A stretch of 64,000 nt of DNA from positions 1-64,000 of IMG/VR virus record IMGVR_UViG_3300045012_000235; one strand, 5' to 3'. The notes under the pieces are model-generated. The model ran no database searches, was not told the origin of the DNA, and was given only the letters and a program-made list of their open reading frames with translations. The stretch comes from a virus. The translations under genes and the position numbers were made by a program. Positions 20,104-30,717 of this stretch are shown here, in pieces; position 1 is the stretch's first letter, and each line of letters opens with the position of its first letter.

Positions 20104-21153
20104 ATGTCCTTCGTCATCGGTCGCGGACGTTACAGAGGAGAGGCGTACCCCACGGCGCCGGGCATCGGTGGCGGTGGCAGCGGTACGGGAGCGACCGGAC
20201 CGAGAGGTCAAACGGGTCCAAGCGGTGCAACGGGACCCGCGGGCAGCGCATCGCTCACCGGCGCCACGGGCGCGATCGGACCGACCGGATCAACTGGAGG
20301 AACTGGCGCAACCGGACCTACGGGCGCTGCATCCACGGTCACGGGACCGACGGGCGCGAGCGGGCCGACGGGTACGACAGGCCCCGCGGGCGCTGCATCC
20401 AACACAGGATCGACCGGCGCCACGGGACCTACAGGCGCGGTAGGGACGGGACCGACAGGTTCCACTGGCGCCGCATCGACGATCACAGGATCGACGGGCC
20501 CGACCGGCGCAGGCACCACAGGCCCCACCGGAGCCGCATCCGTCGTCACCGGACCGACCGGGCCGACTGGAACAACAGGGCCGTCCTCGACTGTCACCGG
20601 GCCCACAGGACCCTCGGGTCCGACGGGGGCGGCATCCACGGTCACGGGACCCACGGGCAACACAGGCAACACAGGACCCACCGGTGCAGCGTCCACTGTC
20701 ACCGGCCCCACGGGTCCGACTGGAGCCGCGTCAACTGTTACAGGACCGACAGGCGCAACGGGACCCACCGGCGCAACCGGAGCGACGGGTCCAGCCGCCA
20801 CGGTCACACAGGCGTACGTGCTCGAGTCCGCAAGCCCCTACACCGCTCTGGCAACCGATCAGCTGATTCTCGTCGACAACGCGCTCGGGAGCACCGTCGT
20901 CACCGTCAACATGCCAGCCGCGCCAGTCGCCGGGCAACGGCACACCGTCAAGTGGTGGAAATCGAATGCGACGCCAGCCGGTCCGCCCATCATCAGCGGC
21001 AACGGCAACAACATCGAATCCTGGACGGCGGCTACTGGAAGTAGCGGTACTGCGGCCACCACCACCATCAATCAAATCGGCGGAGAAGGAACATGGGAAT
21101 GGGCACCGACCGTGAGCGGAACCGCTGTCAATCGATGGGTTTTGGTGGCGTGA
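20104..21153 (+). CDS. Collagen-like fibre 3
   Basis: [20 protein letters not shown]; GPT repeats; [21 protein letters not shown] head. Confidence 0.85.
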   Translation: MSFVIGRGRYRGEAYPTAPGIGGGGSGTGATGPRGQTGPSGATGPAGSASLTGATGAIGPTGSTGGTGATGPTGAASTVTGPTGASGPTGTTGPAGAASNTGSTGATGPTGAVGTGPTGSTGAASTITGSTGPTGAGTTGPTGAASVVTGPTGPTGTTGPSSTVTGPTGPSGPTGAASTVTGPTGNTGNTGPTGAASTVTGPTGPTGAASTVTGPTGATGPTGATGATGPAATVTQAYVLESASPYTALATDQLILVDNALGSTVVTVNMPAAPVAGQRHTVKWWKSNATPAGPPIISGNGNNIESWTAATGSSGTAATTTINQIGGEGTWEWAPTVSGTAVNRWVLVA

Positions 21154-21218
21154 TGAGACACATTTCGTTCGCAGCTGCTCTCGCCCTCTGCGCGCTCGTC
21201 GCCGGCGTCTGCAACTAG
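21153..21218 (+). pseudogene. Signal-peptide-only remnant
   Basis: TGATG-coupled [21 protein letters not shown]; same position as the intact lipoprotein after fibre 4. Confidence 0.4.
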
Positions 21219-21292
21219 AGTGGCGGTTCTGGATCGGGCACCGGAGCGGCTGGAACGAACGGAAGCGGCGTGACCTTGGTAACAATCACGAG

Positions 21293-21322
21293 TTGACGGT
21301 GAGTGACGACGTAGCCTACCGT
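21293..21322 (+). promoter_or_regulatory. Sigma70-type promoter, probably leaderless
   Basis: TTGACG-18-TACCGT, 8 nt before ATG 21331; near-duplicate at 22563. Confidence 0.7.
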
Positions 21323-21330
21323 CGTCCTCT

Positions 21331-22557
21331 ATGTTTCATGCCATCCACCGGTGCCGGGTTTGTGGATCGACGAACCTCGAACCCGTGGTGGGCCTCGGCA
21401 CCCAGGCGCTGACGGGAGTCTTTCCGAGAGCGGCCGGTGCGAAAATTACACGCGGGCCGCTCGAGGTCGTTCGGTGCGCAGGCGACTGCGGTCTCGTCCA
21501 GCTCCGCCACAGCTACGATCCCGACGAACTGTACGGTGGCGATTACGGCTACCGGTCGTCTCTAAACCGTTCGATGGTCGATCACCTGCGCGAGACGGTG
21601 GAAAGCCTAGCGGCGCGCGTGCCCGTCGGCCCAGGCGACGTCGTTCTCGACATCGGAAGCAACGACGGCACGACGCTTTCGTTTTATCCGGAAGCTGCCA
21701 CGCTCATCGGGATCGACCCCACCGCCGCAAAGTTCGCAAAGTACTACAGGCCTCACATCACGGTCGTTCCCGAGTTCTTCACGGCCGGCGCATTCCTCGT
21801 CGCGAGCGGCGGCAAGAAGGCCAAGATCATCACATCGATCGCGATGTTTTACGATCTCGAAAGTCCACTGGACTTCATGAAGCACGTCCACGCTGTTCTC
21901 GCCGAGGGTGGCGTCTGGCACGCGGAAATGAGCTACCTGCCGTCGATGCTCGCGGCAACCGCCTACGACACCATCTGCCACGAGCACGCCGAGTACTACT
22001 CACTCGCGACGATCGTCTGGATGGCCGACCGTGTGGGCTTCTCGATCGTCGATGCGTCACTCAACGACACCAACGGGGGAAGCTTTGCGCTCACGTTCTC
22101 CTTAGCCCAACCTGGCGAAACGACGCACGCACCCGTCGTCCTTCAAATGCTCGAAGCCGAACGGCTCGCCGGACTCTCACCGTTCACTCGGTTCGCGGAT
22201 CGTGTCGCCGCGCACAAGCGCGACCTTCGCGGTCTCCTCGAAGACCTGTCCTCGCGGGGCGCGCGTGTGCTCGGGATGGGTGCGTCAACCAAAGGCAACG
22301 TCGTCCTGCAGTACTGCGGGATCGGACGGGATTTGCTGCCATTCATTGCCGAGGTGAACCAGGACAAGATCGGAGGCGTCACCCCCGGGACGGAGATCCC
22401 GATCGTGTCCGAAGAGGCGGCTCTCGCCATGAAGCCTGACGTCTTCCTGGTGCTGCCGTGGCATTTTCGGGAGAGCATGATTCGCCGAATGGGGCCGGCT
22501 CTTGATGAGGGGGTCAAACTCCTCTTCCCGCTGCCGACGATCTCGTTCTTCCCCTGA
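21331..22557 (+). CDS. NDP-hexose C-methyltransferase
   Basis: CRVCGS Zn site, LDIGSNDG, YDTICHEH, GASTKGN, LPWHF. Confidence 0.9.
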   Translation: MFHAIHRCRVCGSTNLEPVVGLGTQALTGVFPRAAGAKITRGPLEVVRCAGDCGLVQLRHSYDPDELYGGDYGYRSSLNRSMVDHLRETVESLAARVPVGPGDVVLDIGSNDGTTLSFYPEAATLIGIDPTAAKFAKYYRPHITVVPEFFTAGAFLVASGGKKAKIITSIAMFYDLESPLDFMKHVHAVLAEGGVWHAEMSYLPSMLAATAYDTICHEHAEYYSLATIVWMADRVGFSIVDASLNDTNGGSFALTFSLAQPGETTHAPVVLQMLEAERLAGLSPFTRFADRVAAHKRDLRGLLEDLSSRGARVLGMGASTKGNVVLQYCGIGRDLLPFIAEVNQDKIGGVTPGTEIPIVSEEAALAMKPDVFLVLPWHFRESMIRRMGPALDEGVKLLFPLPTISFFP

Positions 22558-22562
22558 ACCGA

Positions 22563-22592
22563 TTGACGTTGAGTGACAACGTAGCTTACCGT
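22563..22592 (+). promoter_or_regulatory. Sigma70-type promoter, probably leaderless
   Basis: TTGACG-18-TACCGT, 7 nt before ATG 22600. Confidence 0.7.
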
Positions 22593-22599
22593 TACCGGC

Positions 22600-23244
22600 A
22601 TGCTTCTGCGCCGATCGAATGGCGAACCAGTTGAACTGAACCCTCGCGGTCAAGCCGGCCAGGACCGCTTCGCATTCGCCGTGACGGGTAGGCCAGAGAC
22701 GGGGGCATTTCTCGACATTGGTTCCGGTGATCCGATCATCTACAACAACAGCTGCATGCTCGAGGAGTACGGTTGGCGTGGCCTTTTGGTCGACCGGTGC
22801 GATTGCAAGGACGTGGGACTCTTCCGGAGGACCCCCTTCTTACAAGCCGACGCCATGTCGATCGACTGGGTCACCACACTCATCGCGAACGAGCTCGGTC
22901 CGCGCATTGACTACCTTTCATTCGACCTCGACAACGACGGCGAATCCGCGCTCACACGACTGCCGTGGCAGAGTGTGCGATTCTCCTGCATGACCGTCGA
23001 GCATGACGGCTACCGGTTCGGCGACGGGCCACGCGCGGCGATGCGACAGCTTCTGCTCGGTCACGGCTACCGGCTGCTGTGTCCCGACGTCGTGCTCGAC
23101 GGGTTCGGCGCCTTCGAAGACTGGTGGGTCGATCCGAGCAGCGTCGCTACGTCCGTAGCGGACTCCTTCGCGACCACCGGTCCAACGAACTGGCAAGAAA
23201 TCATCACGAAAGGCGAGCAATGGCCGAAACGCTCGGTAGCCTGA
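22600..23244 (+). CDS. FkbM-like SAM methyltransferase
   Basis: GQAGQD, FLDIGSG..NN..LE..GWRGLLVD, IDYLSFD, TVEHD, FEDWWV. Confidence 0.8.
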   Translation: MLLRRSNGEPVELNPRGQAGQDRFAFAVTGRPETGAFLDIGSGDPIIYNNSCMLEEYGWRGLLVDRCDCKDVGLFRRTPFLQADAMSIDWVTTLIANELGPRIDYLSFDLDNDGESALTRLPWQSVRFSCMTVEHDGYRFGDGPRAAMRQLLLGHGYRLLCPDVVLDGFGAFEDWWVDPSSVATSVADSFATTGPTNWQEIITKGEQWPKRSVA

Positions 23245-23459
23245 TCGACAAGTTGACGATATGCAACGTACGTATCTGGCATCTCATTGAGAAGCAGCGC
23301 GACCGGAGTCTACCCGACAGCGAGCGTCTCTCGGCGGCCGATGCTGCCGATCGCGTCAACGGGCAGCGCAGCAAACTCATTGACGAGATTGATCGTTTCG
23401 TCGCAGACACCGTGACCGGCAAGGTAAAAATACTCACCGATCCGAAAGAGAAGATGTGA
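23220..23459 (+). CDS. DUF4254-like small helical protein
   Basis: ETLGSLIDKLTI.N..IWH...N.QRS.LI.EID. Confidence 0.7.
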   Translation: MAETLGSLIDKLTICNVRIWHLIEKQRDRSLPDSERLSAADAADRVNGQRSKLIDEIDRFVADTVTGKVKILTDPKEKM

Positions 23460-23460
23460 C

Positions 23461-24186
23461 GTGACCGACCCGATCACATACCTGGGTGGCGGCTCGCTCG
23501 GTGATTTCTTCCACCAACTTAGTGTGGTGAAAGAAACGTTTCTGAACACCGGTCGTCAAGGACGCGTTTACATCTCGGACCGCGGCTACCCGTTCGGGCT
23601 CGGACTCGATCGCGCGTACGCGGACCTGACGACGATCGTGTCAAGCCAGGACTACGTGGAGAGCTTTCATATTCACGGCGACGAACATATCGACGTCGAC
23701 CTCTCCTCCTGGAGGCAGTCCCCGCTACTCTACCGGGAAAACTGGCACGCTATCTTCGAGAGCACCTTCCATGTGCCCTGGGGCTTGCACAAGTGGCTAA
23801 CACTGCCAGCGAGCGGGTACAAGGACACAATCCTGATCGGGCTGTCGACAAGGCGACTGCCGACTGTGGACTGGAGTTTCTTGCAACGTCTGCCGGGCCA
23901 CGCCCTGTTCGTGACGGATAGACAGGACGAACTGGATAACTGGCGAACCATGACGTCGTCCGATCTGCCGACCAAGATCTTTCCCAGTTTGTTCGATCTC
24001 CACTGCGCAATTCACGCCTGCCGGCTCTTCATCGGAAACTTGTCGAGCCCACTCGCGGTGGCTATGTCAGCACACCGCCCGTGCATTGGCTTGCGCTGTC
24101 ACGAAATCGACGACGTGCACGTCACAGGACTCACGCCGCATCTACCACATTTTCAACTTGCCGATCGAGATCCGATATTCCCATGA
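23461..24186 (+). CDS. GT9 (heptosyltransferase)-like glycosyltransferase
   Basis: GSLGDF N-terminus; FIGNLSSPLAVA. Confidence 0.65.
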   Translation: MTDPITYLGGGSLGDFFHQLSVVKETFLNTGRQGRVYISDRGYPFGLGLDRAYADLTTIVSSQDYVESFHIHGDEHIDVDLSSWRQSPLLYRENWHAIFESTFHVPWGLHKWLTLPASGYKDTILIGLSTRRLPTVDWSFLQRLPGHALFVTDRQDELDNWRTMTSSDLPTKIFPSLFDLHCAIHACRLFIGNLSSPLAVAMSAHRPCIGLRCHEIDDVHVTGLTPHLPHFQLADRDPIFP

Positions 24187-26903
24187 TCCTCGGCGTCCCT
24201 ACCCTCAACAGGTACGACCTTCTCGCCCGGCTCATCGCATCCGCCGAGGCGGGAACTCTTCAACCGACCGCGTACCTTATCGTCGACAACGGCGGAAAAT
24301 TCGAGATTCTGGTCCATACAATGCCTGGCGTTACTGCGGCACTCGCGCGGGGCGCCACCGTCGAGGTACTCACACCTGACGCAAACATCGGTGTGGCTGC
24401 AAGCTGGAACGCGATGCTTGACCGGGCCGGCACGACTCCGATGGCCATCGCCAACGACGACGTCGAACTCGGCGCGGACGCGCTCGAGGCGCTCGCTCGC
24501 GCAATCGAGACCCACGACTTCGTCATCGCCGAAGGACCTCCGGGCGCAAACGGTTGGTGCCTCTTCGCGCAAACGCCCCAATGCACGGCAACCGTAGGTC
24601 TGTACGACGAGAACTTCTTCCCCGCGTACTACGAGGACTCGGATTACGACCAGCGACTCACGCGAGCCGGCATCATCAAGCACCGCGAGCCCGCTACACT
24701 CACGCACGAAGGATGGGCAACGATGCGGGCCGATCCTGCGGTCGCAGACGGACAGCAGCGGAGCGCGGAGTATTTTCGGAAAAAATGGGGCGGATTGCCG
24801 CACGAAACAGAAAAACTCTTTCAGGAGCCTTTGTCCGCAGCTCTCAAAACGCCCGCGGTACACGTGTGGAAACAGTACAACGGAGAAGAGATGAATCGAC
24901 TCGAACGTCGCGCGAGCACCTCCCGAAGCCGCAAGCAAGAAACGAAATCCACGGTGCCCAGGATCTGCCTCAACATGATCGTGAAGAACGAGCGAGCGAT
25001 CGTCGGGCGATGCCTCACCGCCGCGCTGCCGTTCATCGACAAGTGGGTGATCGTCGACACGGGATCGACGGACGGAACCCCCGAGGCAATCGAGCAGTTC
25101 TTCATCATGCGGAAGATTCCTGGCAAGCTTGTTCGAGGAACGTTCCGGAACTTCGAACAAGCTCGCAACGAAGCACTCGACGCCGCGCGCGCATTCGGCG
25201 CGTGGGACTACGCGCTCCTGCTCGACGCCGACATGGTGATCCGTGGCTCGATTGACAAGGCCGCGCTCACCGAACCCGCGTACCGCCTGGAGCAGATGAC
25301 CAACAACCTCGGCTATTGGAACACGCGCCTCGTCCGGCGGGACGTGGCCGCACGGTACGTGGGGGTCACCCACGAGTTTCTATCCGTGCCGGGAGACGCA
25401 CCACCCAGCCTCGGCTCGTGCTCCATCGACGACCTGAACGACGGCGGCTCGAAGGGGGACAAGGGCGAGCGGGACATCCGGCTCTTGAACGAGGGCTTGG
25501 CCAAGGAGCCTGGCAACGAGCGGTACATGTTCTACCTCGCCAACACCTACCGCGAGATGGGCCGGCACGCCGAGGCTCTCCAGTGGTACACGCGCCGGAT
25601 CGCGGCCGGCGGCTGGGATGAGGAAGTCTGGTCGTCCTACTACGGGATCGCACGGTCGTACGCCACCTTGAACGACGAACCGAATCTCGTCGTCGCCTGC
25701 TTCGACGCCTACAACTACAGGCCTTTCCGCGCCGAGCCGTTGTCGCTCCTGGCGCACTGGTGGAGGGAGCACGGCAAGAACGATGCGGCACTGCTCCTCG
25801 CCGAGCAGGTGACGCGCATGCCGTGCCCGAACGAAGTGCTCTTCGTCGAAAGGGACATCTACGAACGGCAAAACGAGAACGACGTCGCCATCAGCGGGTT
25901 CTACAGCAAGCTTCCCGAACGCCGAAAGGCTGGGTACGACGCGTGCGCGAAGCTGACGATCGACCGCAACCAGTTCTTTCGAAATGAAGCTCGCGGCAAC
26001 TTCGTCCACTACGCCAAGAGCGCGAAGGAGATCTTCGGCGCAGAGGTGCGCGAGATCGACTGGCGCCCCAACGATGGGTACGCGCCGATGAACCCGTCTG
26101 TGCTCGTCGTTGGAGACCGTCGCCTCGTCCTCGTCCGCACGGTGAACTACAAGATCGCCGACGGGCAGTACCCGACGATCGACGGGAGCGGCATCATCAA
26201 GACGAAGAACTGGATCGTCGACATGGACGAGTCGTGGCGACCTACGAGCCGTGTGCTCATCACGGACGGGACAATGCTCCCCCGAACAAAATTCCCGGTC
26301 GAAGGATTCGAGGACTGCCGACTCTACACGAGCGGCGACGATTTCCACGCATCGGCCACCGTCCGAGACCTCGGCGACGGACGCTGCGAACAATCGATCC
26401 TGCGGTTCGATCGAGAGTGGGAAATCAAGAACGTCCACGTCGTCCGCGACTACGAGCACGACAAGACACAAAAAAACTGGATGCCGGTCCTCGGGCAACC
26501 TGGGGCCTTCCTCTACCTATGCGACCCGACAACCGTGATCGATGTCGCGCCCGAGAAAACCACCGAACGTTTTCGAATCTCCGATCTCGATGAAAACCTG
26601 ACCGAGCTGCGCGGTGGCTCGCAGGTCATCCCGCATGGAGACGGCTTCCTCTGCCTCGTGCACGAGGTTGTCCACACCCCCGGGCGCGTGTACCTGCACA
26701 GGTTCGTGCGCCTCGACGCAGAGTTCGTGATCCGGTCGGTCACCGAACCGTGGTTCTTCGTACAGAAGGGCATCGAGTTCTGCGCCGGCCTCGCCCGCGA
26801 CGGGGACCGTCTGGTTGCGAGCTTTGGCGTAGACGACGCCTCAGCGCATCTCGCGTTCTTCGACGCAGCAGTCATCGACCGAGCTCTGGGAATACCCAAG
26901 TAG
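24183..26903 (+). CDS. Multidomain glycosyltransferase: GT2 + GT2/TPR + beta-propeller
   Basis: IANDD..YYEDSDY; CLNMIVKNE..DTGSTD..LDAD..THE; TPR (FYLANTY); NPS..EDCRL..KNW..RGG..IEFCAG; possible internal start at 24891. Confidence 0.85.
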   Translation: MILGVPTLNRYDLLARLIASAEAGTLQPTAYLIVDNGGKFEILVHTMPGVTAALARGATVEVLTPDANIGVAASWNAMLDRAGTTPMAIANDDVELGADALEALARAIETHDFVIAEGPPGANGWCLFAQTPQCTATVGLYDENFFPAYYEDSDYDQRLTRAGIIKHREPATLTHEGWATMRADPAVADGQQRSAEYFRKKWGGLPHETEKLFQEPLSAALKTPAVHVWKQYNGEEMNRLERRASTSRSRKQETKSTVPRICLNMIVKNERAIVGRCLTAALPFIDKWVIVDTGSTDGTPEAIEQFFIMRKIPGKLVRGTFRNFEQARNEALDAARAFGAWDYALLLDADMVIRGSIDKAALTEPAYRLEQMTNNLGYWNTRLVRRDVAARYVGVTHEFLSVPGDAPPSLGSCSIDDLNDGGSKGDKGERDIRLLNEGLAKEPGNERYMFYLANTYREMGRHAEALQWYTRRIAAGGWDEEVWSSYYGIARSYATLNDEPNLVVACFDAYNYRPFRAEPLSLLAHWWREHGKNDAALLLAEQVTRMPCPNEVLFVERDIYERQNENDVAISGFYSKLPERRKAGYDACAKLTIDRNQFFRNEARGNFVHYAKSAKEIFGAEVREIDWRPNDGYAPMNPSVLVVGDRRLVLVRTVNYKIADGQYPTIDGSGIIKTKNWIVDMDESWRPTSRVLITDGTMLPRTKFPVEGFEDCRLYTSGDDFHASATVRDLGDGRCEQSILRFDREWEIKNVHVVRDYEHDKTQKNWMPVLGQPGAFLYLCDPTTVIDVAPEKTTERFRISDLDENLTELRGGSQVIPHGDGFLCLVHEVVHTPGRVYLHRFVRLDAEFVIRSVTEPWFFVQKGIEFCAGLARDGDRLVASFGVDDASAHLAFFDAAVIDRALGIPK

Positions 26904-26959
26904 TCCTCGGGTATTCCCCGATTCGGCACATGTCACGTAGGGGAACCGCGTGGTACCCT
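26891..26959 (+). promoter_or_regulatory. Conserved box plus extended -10 promoter
   Basis: AATACCCAAGTAGTCCTCGGGTATTCCCC; TGG-TACCCT with the hexamer at +63. Confidence 0.75.
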
Positions 26960-26979
26960 CCCGAAGGAGGTAGACCTCC

Positions 26980-27675
26980 ATGAGCTTTGTCATCGGCCGC
27001 GGACGGTATGCGCGAGAGACGTACCCAACGGCTCCGCTCCCGGGTCCTACCGGAGCGTCTGGTTCACACGGTGGGCCAACAGGTCCTGCAGGCAACACGG
27101 GAACAACTGGCCCAACGGGCGCGACTGGCGCGGGACCGACGGGAAGCACCGGCCCGACCGGAACAGCGTCCTTCGTCACGGGTCCGACCGGCCCCACCGG
27201 CACCCCTGGGATGGCTGGACCAACCGGGGGAGGACCGACAGGGCCTACAGGGGCCGCATCGACCGTCACCGGGCCGACAGGGAGCACCGGGGCGACTGGA
27301 AGCACCGGTCCGACCGGCGCAACGGGTGCGACCGGCGCCATCGGCCCCACCGTTACCAACGCCATCGCCGGCAGCACCACCACGCTCGGCGCTGCACGAT
27401 GGAACGTCGTCATCGTCGCCGTCCCGGGCGCTCAAGCCACCGTGAACATGCCGTCGGGCGCGGGGGTACAGGTGGGGGACCAAGTGACCGTCAGCCTCCT
27501 CGGACCCAGCACGTCGAACCCCGTCCTCGTCAACGCCACGGGCGGGTTTACGATCGAAGAGCCTGGAAATCCTGGAAACTTCACGGCGGCCAACGGGCAG
27601 GTCGGTCTGCCAGGGCAAGCGCAGACGGTCACATGGATGAACATCGGCGGAAGTGTGTGGAAGGAGATCGTTTGA
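26980..27675 (+). CDS. Collagen-like fibre 4
   Basis: [19 protein letters not shown]; AAGGAGG RBS; head like the 18120 C-terminus. Confidence 0.85.
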   Translation: MSFVIGRGRYARETYPTAPLPGPTGASGSHGGPTGPAGNTGTTGPTGATGAGPTGSTGPTGTASFVTGPTGPTGTPGMAGPTGGGPTGPTGAASTVTGPTGSTGATGSTGPTGATGATGAIGPTVTNAIAGSTTTLGAARWNVVIVAVPGAQATVNMPSGAGVQVGDQVTVSLLGPSTSNPVLVNATGGFTIEEPGNPGNFTAANGQVGLPGQAQTVTWMNIGGSVWKEIV

Positions 27676-29330
27676 TGAAACGTTCGTGGATATCTCTTGT
27701 TTTGGTGACGATCTTCAGCTGCTCAACACCACCTCCTCCGGAGGAGGACGCTGCGCCGATCGTGAAATCTCATGCGATACCGTCGTCGGCAGCGACGTCC
27801 CGCGAATTACGGTTCTTGCCTAAGAGGCGTCCCGCAACGTCAACGTACGTTCCCTCAACAAACGATGCAAGAAGTCAGGCGCAAATCGATGTGGCTGCTT
27901 GCACAGCGGCAGACAAGAGCTGGCGGTGCTCAAGAATCCAAAAACCAAAAACATTCGCGGCAACCGGATCATCGTCACCAATCATTCCGGCGTCATGGAC
28001 AGTACCAAACTGGTACGTCAATAAAAGTTCTGGAAGCGATCAAAATTCTTGCACATCGAGCGGGAATCCGTGCGCCACGAAGCAAGAGATATGGGTACAT
28101 CGACTCGGGTGCGGGCCCGGCTCCTACAAGAACTGCCCGCGCTTTCGACAGACGACAACCCTTGAACAGGATGCCTCGGATACGGACAACACCGACCCGC
28201 TCTATGCTCACGTGGCGCTCGAGAACGGCGCCTCGTTCATCGTGAAGGGTGGCGCCGGAACATCCACATCGGCCGTGTTCACCCGCAGCGCAGCCAAAAA
28301 CACCGCAGCCGGATCGAACAGTCTACTGGCCGGTAGCTTCTCTGCCGGGGCGCCGGCCGTAGGGATGCTCGTCACGAATACGACGGCGGCGAAGGCAAGC
28401 AAAGCTTGGATCTACACGACCGCGGGCGGGTCCAATTGGAATATCACCCAGCCGCTCGTGCCCAATGTCCCTGTAACAGGCCTTACAGGTGTCGAAGTCG
28501 ACACGTGGGCCAGCACCGACACCGTGACACTGACAACACCCATCGCGATCAACGTCGTGGATGTGGATGCGACCTCGGTGGACGACAACGGCTCGTTCAC
28601 CAATGGCCTGTATCTCTACAACATGATCGCGTACGATCCTGAGGCGCAGGGGGACACGATCGCCATCGGCAATGGCGTATTCATACAAGAAGTTGTAGCG
28701 CAGCGATTCGTAAGTTACTACGCCGGGACGCAAACGGCGCCTGGTGCACGAATCGCTGCCAACCTGTTTTCTACAGAGTCGATGCAGTCAAACGGTAGCG
28801 CGACAATCGATCCCATATTTCTAGGCGGCGCACTGTCAGGCTCTCTTGGAAGCGCCTTCATCGGTGACCCTCTTTTCTCGAGTGACCCCATTCTCGGTGG
28901 CGGTGGCGGATTCACGGAACTCTTTATTGGCGGCGACACGCACAATGCCGGAATAGGCGGCAGCAACAACGGAAACATTTATCTCGACGGCCCGCTCACT
29001 TTGATATCCGGACGATTCCAGGTAGGCTCGGCAGGGTCCGTGGTGTACGGCAATTCTACGACCGGCACTATCGAACTGTTTGGGTCGGCGCACCTAGAGA
29101 ACGAAGCGGGTTCGACTTTCGTGCCACACTTCACGGCCCCTCTTTTGATTTCCCCCGGCTTTCTGATCAACGGACTTGTCGGAACATCGACCGCGTGCTC
29201 GGCGACGTCAGCGGGGGCTATCAACTGCGGCATCACCACAACACCAGCTCATCTCGATGCAGCAGCAGGCGCCGCGGGGTTCGGCGGCGCGGCATTTGTG
29301 TTCGGCGGTCCTAGCGTAGCGAATTTTTAG
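27675..29330 (+). CDS. Lipoprotein, beta-rich
   Basis: [16 protein letters not shown] lipobox; WYVNKSSGSDQNSC..NPCAT motif typical of beta-helix N-termini. Confidence 0.75.
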   Translation: MKRSWISLVLVTIFSCSTPPPPEEDAAPIVKSHAIPSSAATSRELRFLPKRRPATSTYVPSTNDARSQAQIDVAACTAADKSWRCSRIQKPKTFAATGSSSPIIPASWTVPNWYVNKSSGSDQNSCTSSGNPCATKQEIWVHRLGCGPGSYKNCPRFRQTTTLEQDASDTDNTDPLYAHVALENGASFIVKGGAGTSTSAVFTRSAAKNTAAGSNSLLAGSFSAGAPAVGMLVTNTTAAKASKAWIYTTAGGSNWNITQPLVPNVPVTGLTGVEVDTWASTDTVTLTTPIAINVVDVDATSVDDNGSFTNGLYLYNMIAYDPEAQGDTIAIGNGVFIQEVVAQRFVSYYAGTQTAPGARIAANLFSTESMQSNGSATIDPIFLGGALSGSLGSAFIGDPLFSSDPILGGGGGFTELFIGGDTHNAGIGGSNNGNIYLDGPLTLISGRFQVGSAGSVVYGNSTTGTIELFGSAHLENEAGSTFVPHFTAPLLISPGFLINGLVGTSTACSATSAGAINCGITTTPAHLDAAAGAAGFGGAAFVFGGPSVANF

Positions 29331-29337
29331 TCAAGTC

Positions 29338-29445
29338 ATGCCCTCCATCATCGAACCGGTCCCCGATGCCATGCTCTTCGACACGGACGTTCCGTGCTCG
29401 CTCGCCCAGCTCCAGGCGCTCTTCGTCGGGAGGTTCGTTGCCTAG
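29338..29445 (+). pseudogene. Truncated duplicate of the 5' end of the 30718 hydrolase
   Basis: MPSIIEPVPDAMLFDTDVPCSLAQLQALF vs MTPTIEPVPDALLFDTDQVCSLTQLQALY. Confidence 0.8.
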
Positions 29446-29471
29446 GCCGTCGACCGATTGCTTTGATTCCG

Positions 29472-29540
29472 CATACTCGAGTAGTTCTCGAGTACTCCCT
29501 GTTTCAGTCATGGAGCGCGGTGGAAGCTACATGATACCGT
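29472..29540 (+). promoter_or_regulatory. Conserved box plus extended -10 promoter
   Basis: CATACTCGAGTAGTTCTCGAGTACTCCCT; TGA-TACCGT at +63, 7 nt before GTG. Confidence 0.75.
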
Positions 29541-29547
29541 AACACTC

Positions 29548-30705
29548 GTGTCCTTCATCATCGGTCGCGGACGGTACAGAAGTGAAGCGTACCCCACCGC
29601 GCCTGGAATAGGCGGTGGAGGCAGCGGCACGGGGGCGACCGGCCCCACCGGGCCGTTCGGCGGTCCGCCGGGACCGACGGGTCCAACCGGCTCGACTGGG
29701 TCGAAGGGTGCGACCGGAACCACCGGGGCCACCGGGGCGGCGTCGACGACGACCGGCCCCACTGGGGTGACCGGGGCCGCCTCGCTCGTTACCGGTCCAA
29801 CTGGCGCGACCGGCGCGCCGTCTGCGGTCACGGGGCCGACGGGTGCGGGCGGGACCGGCAACACGGGGCCCACCGGTGCCGCCTCGACGGTGACCGGACC
29901 CACCGGGCCGACCGGTTCAATCGGCGTGACCGGTCCTGCGGGCGGCGCGTCGAACACCGGTTCCACCGGCGCGACGGGGCCGACGGGAGCGACCGGCGCC
30001 GGAGCGACGGGACCCACGGGTGCCGCGTCGACCGTTACCGGCCCTACGGGCGCGACGGGTGCGACTGGAGCCGCGTCTACGGTGACCGGACCGACGGGCG
30101 CAACGGGTAGCACGGGACCGACGGGAGCCGCGTCGGTTGTGACGGGACCCACCGGACCAACCGGGTCGACGGGTGCTGCATCGACCGTCACGGGACCCAC
30201 GGGCCCAACGGGATTCACCGGGCCGACCGGGGCATCATCCACCGTCACGGGGCCCACGGGCCCCACGGGAGCGACCGGCGCCTCGTCCACGGTGACCGGT
30301 CCGACGGGCCCTCTCGGGACAGGACCGACGGGTGCGGCGTCGACGGTGACCGGTCCCACGGGAACGACTGGGCCGACGGGAGCAGGCAGTGCCGGACCGA
30401 CGGGTCCGACGGGCCCCGCGGGAGGGACTGTTTTGGCGCGCGGCACCAACGTTTCTCTCCCGCCCGGGGATCTTATCGTAGGACCGTTCACTGTAACAGC
30501 AGGTCAGGTTCTTGACGCGGCCGTCTTCGTTCGTGATTTGACGTCTACCCAAACCGCATCTTGGGCGCCCGAAGCTTCGGGAGCCAGTCAAGTCGAATGG
30601 AAATGGATCAACAACAGCGATCCAGCTAATTCACGATCGTTTGATATTTTCAACTCCACCGGGGGTACTACTTACCATATCGATTACGTCATAATTGTTT
30701 GGTGA
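29548..30705 (+). CDS. Collagen-like fibre 5
   Basis: [20 protein letters not shown]; GPT repeats; distinct short head. Confidence 0.85.
   Translation: MSFIIGRGRYRSEAYPTAPGIGGGGSGTGATGPTGPFGGPPGPTGPTGSTGSKGATGTTGATGAASTTTGPTGVTGAASLVTGPTGATGAPSAVTGPTGAGGTGNTGPTGAASTVTGPTGPTGSIGVTGPAGGASNTGSTGATGPTGATGAGATGPTGAASTVTGPTGATGATGAASTVTGPTGATGSTGPTGAASVVTGPTGPTGSTGAASTVTGPTGPTGFTGPTGASSTVTGPTGPTGATGASSTVTGPTGPLGTGPTGAASTVTGPTGTTGPTGAGSAGPTGPTGPAGGTVLARGTNVSLPPGDLIVGPFTVTAGQVLDAAVFVRDLTSTQTASWAPEASGASQVEWKWINNSDPANSRSFDIFNSTGGTTYHIDYVIIVW
29549..29630 (+). repeat. 82-bp exact direct repeat (other copy at 35845-35926)
   Basis: Base-by-base identity over the fibre N-terminal tag coding sequence. Confidence 0.9.
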
Positions 30706-30717
30706 TAAGGCAGGAAA

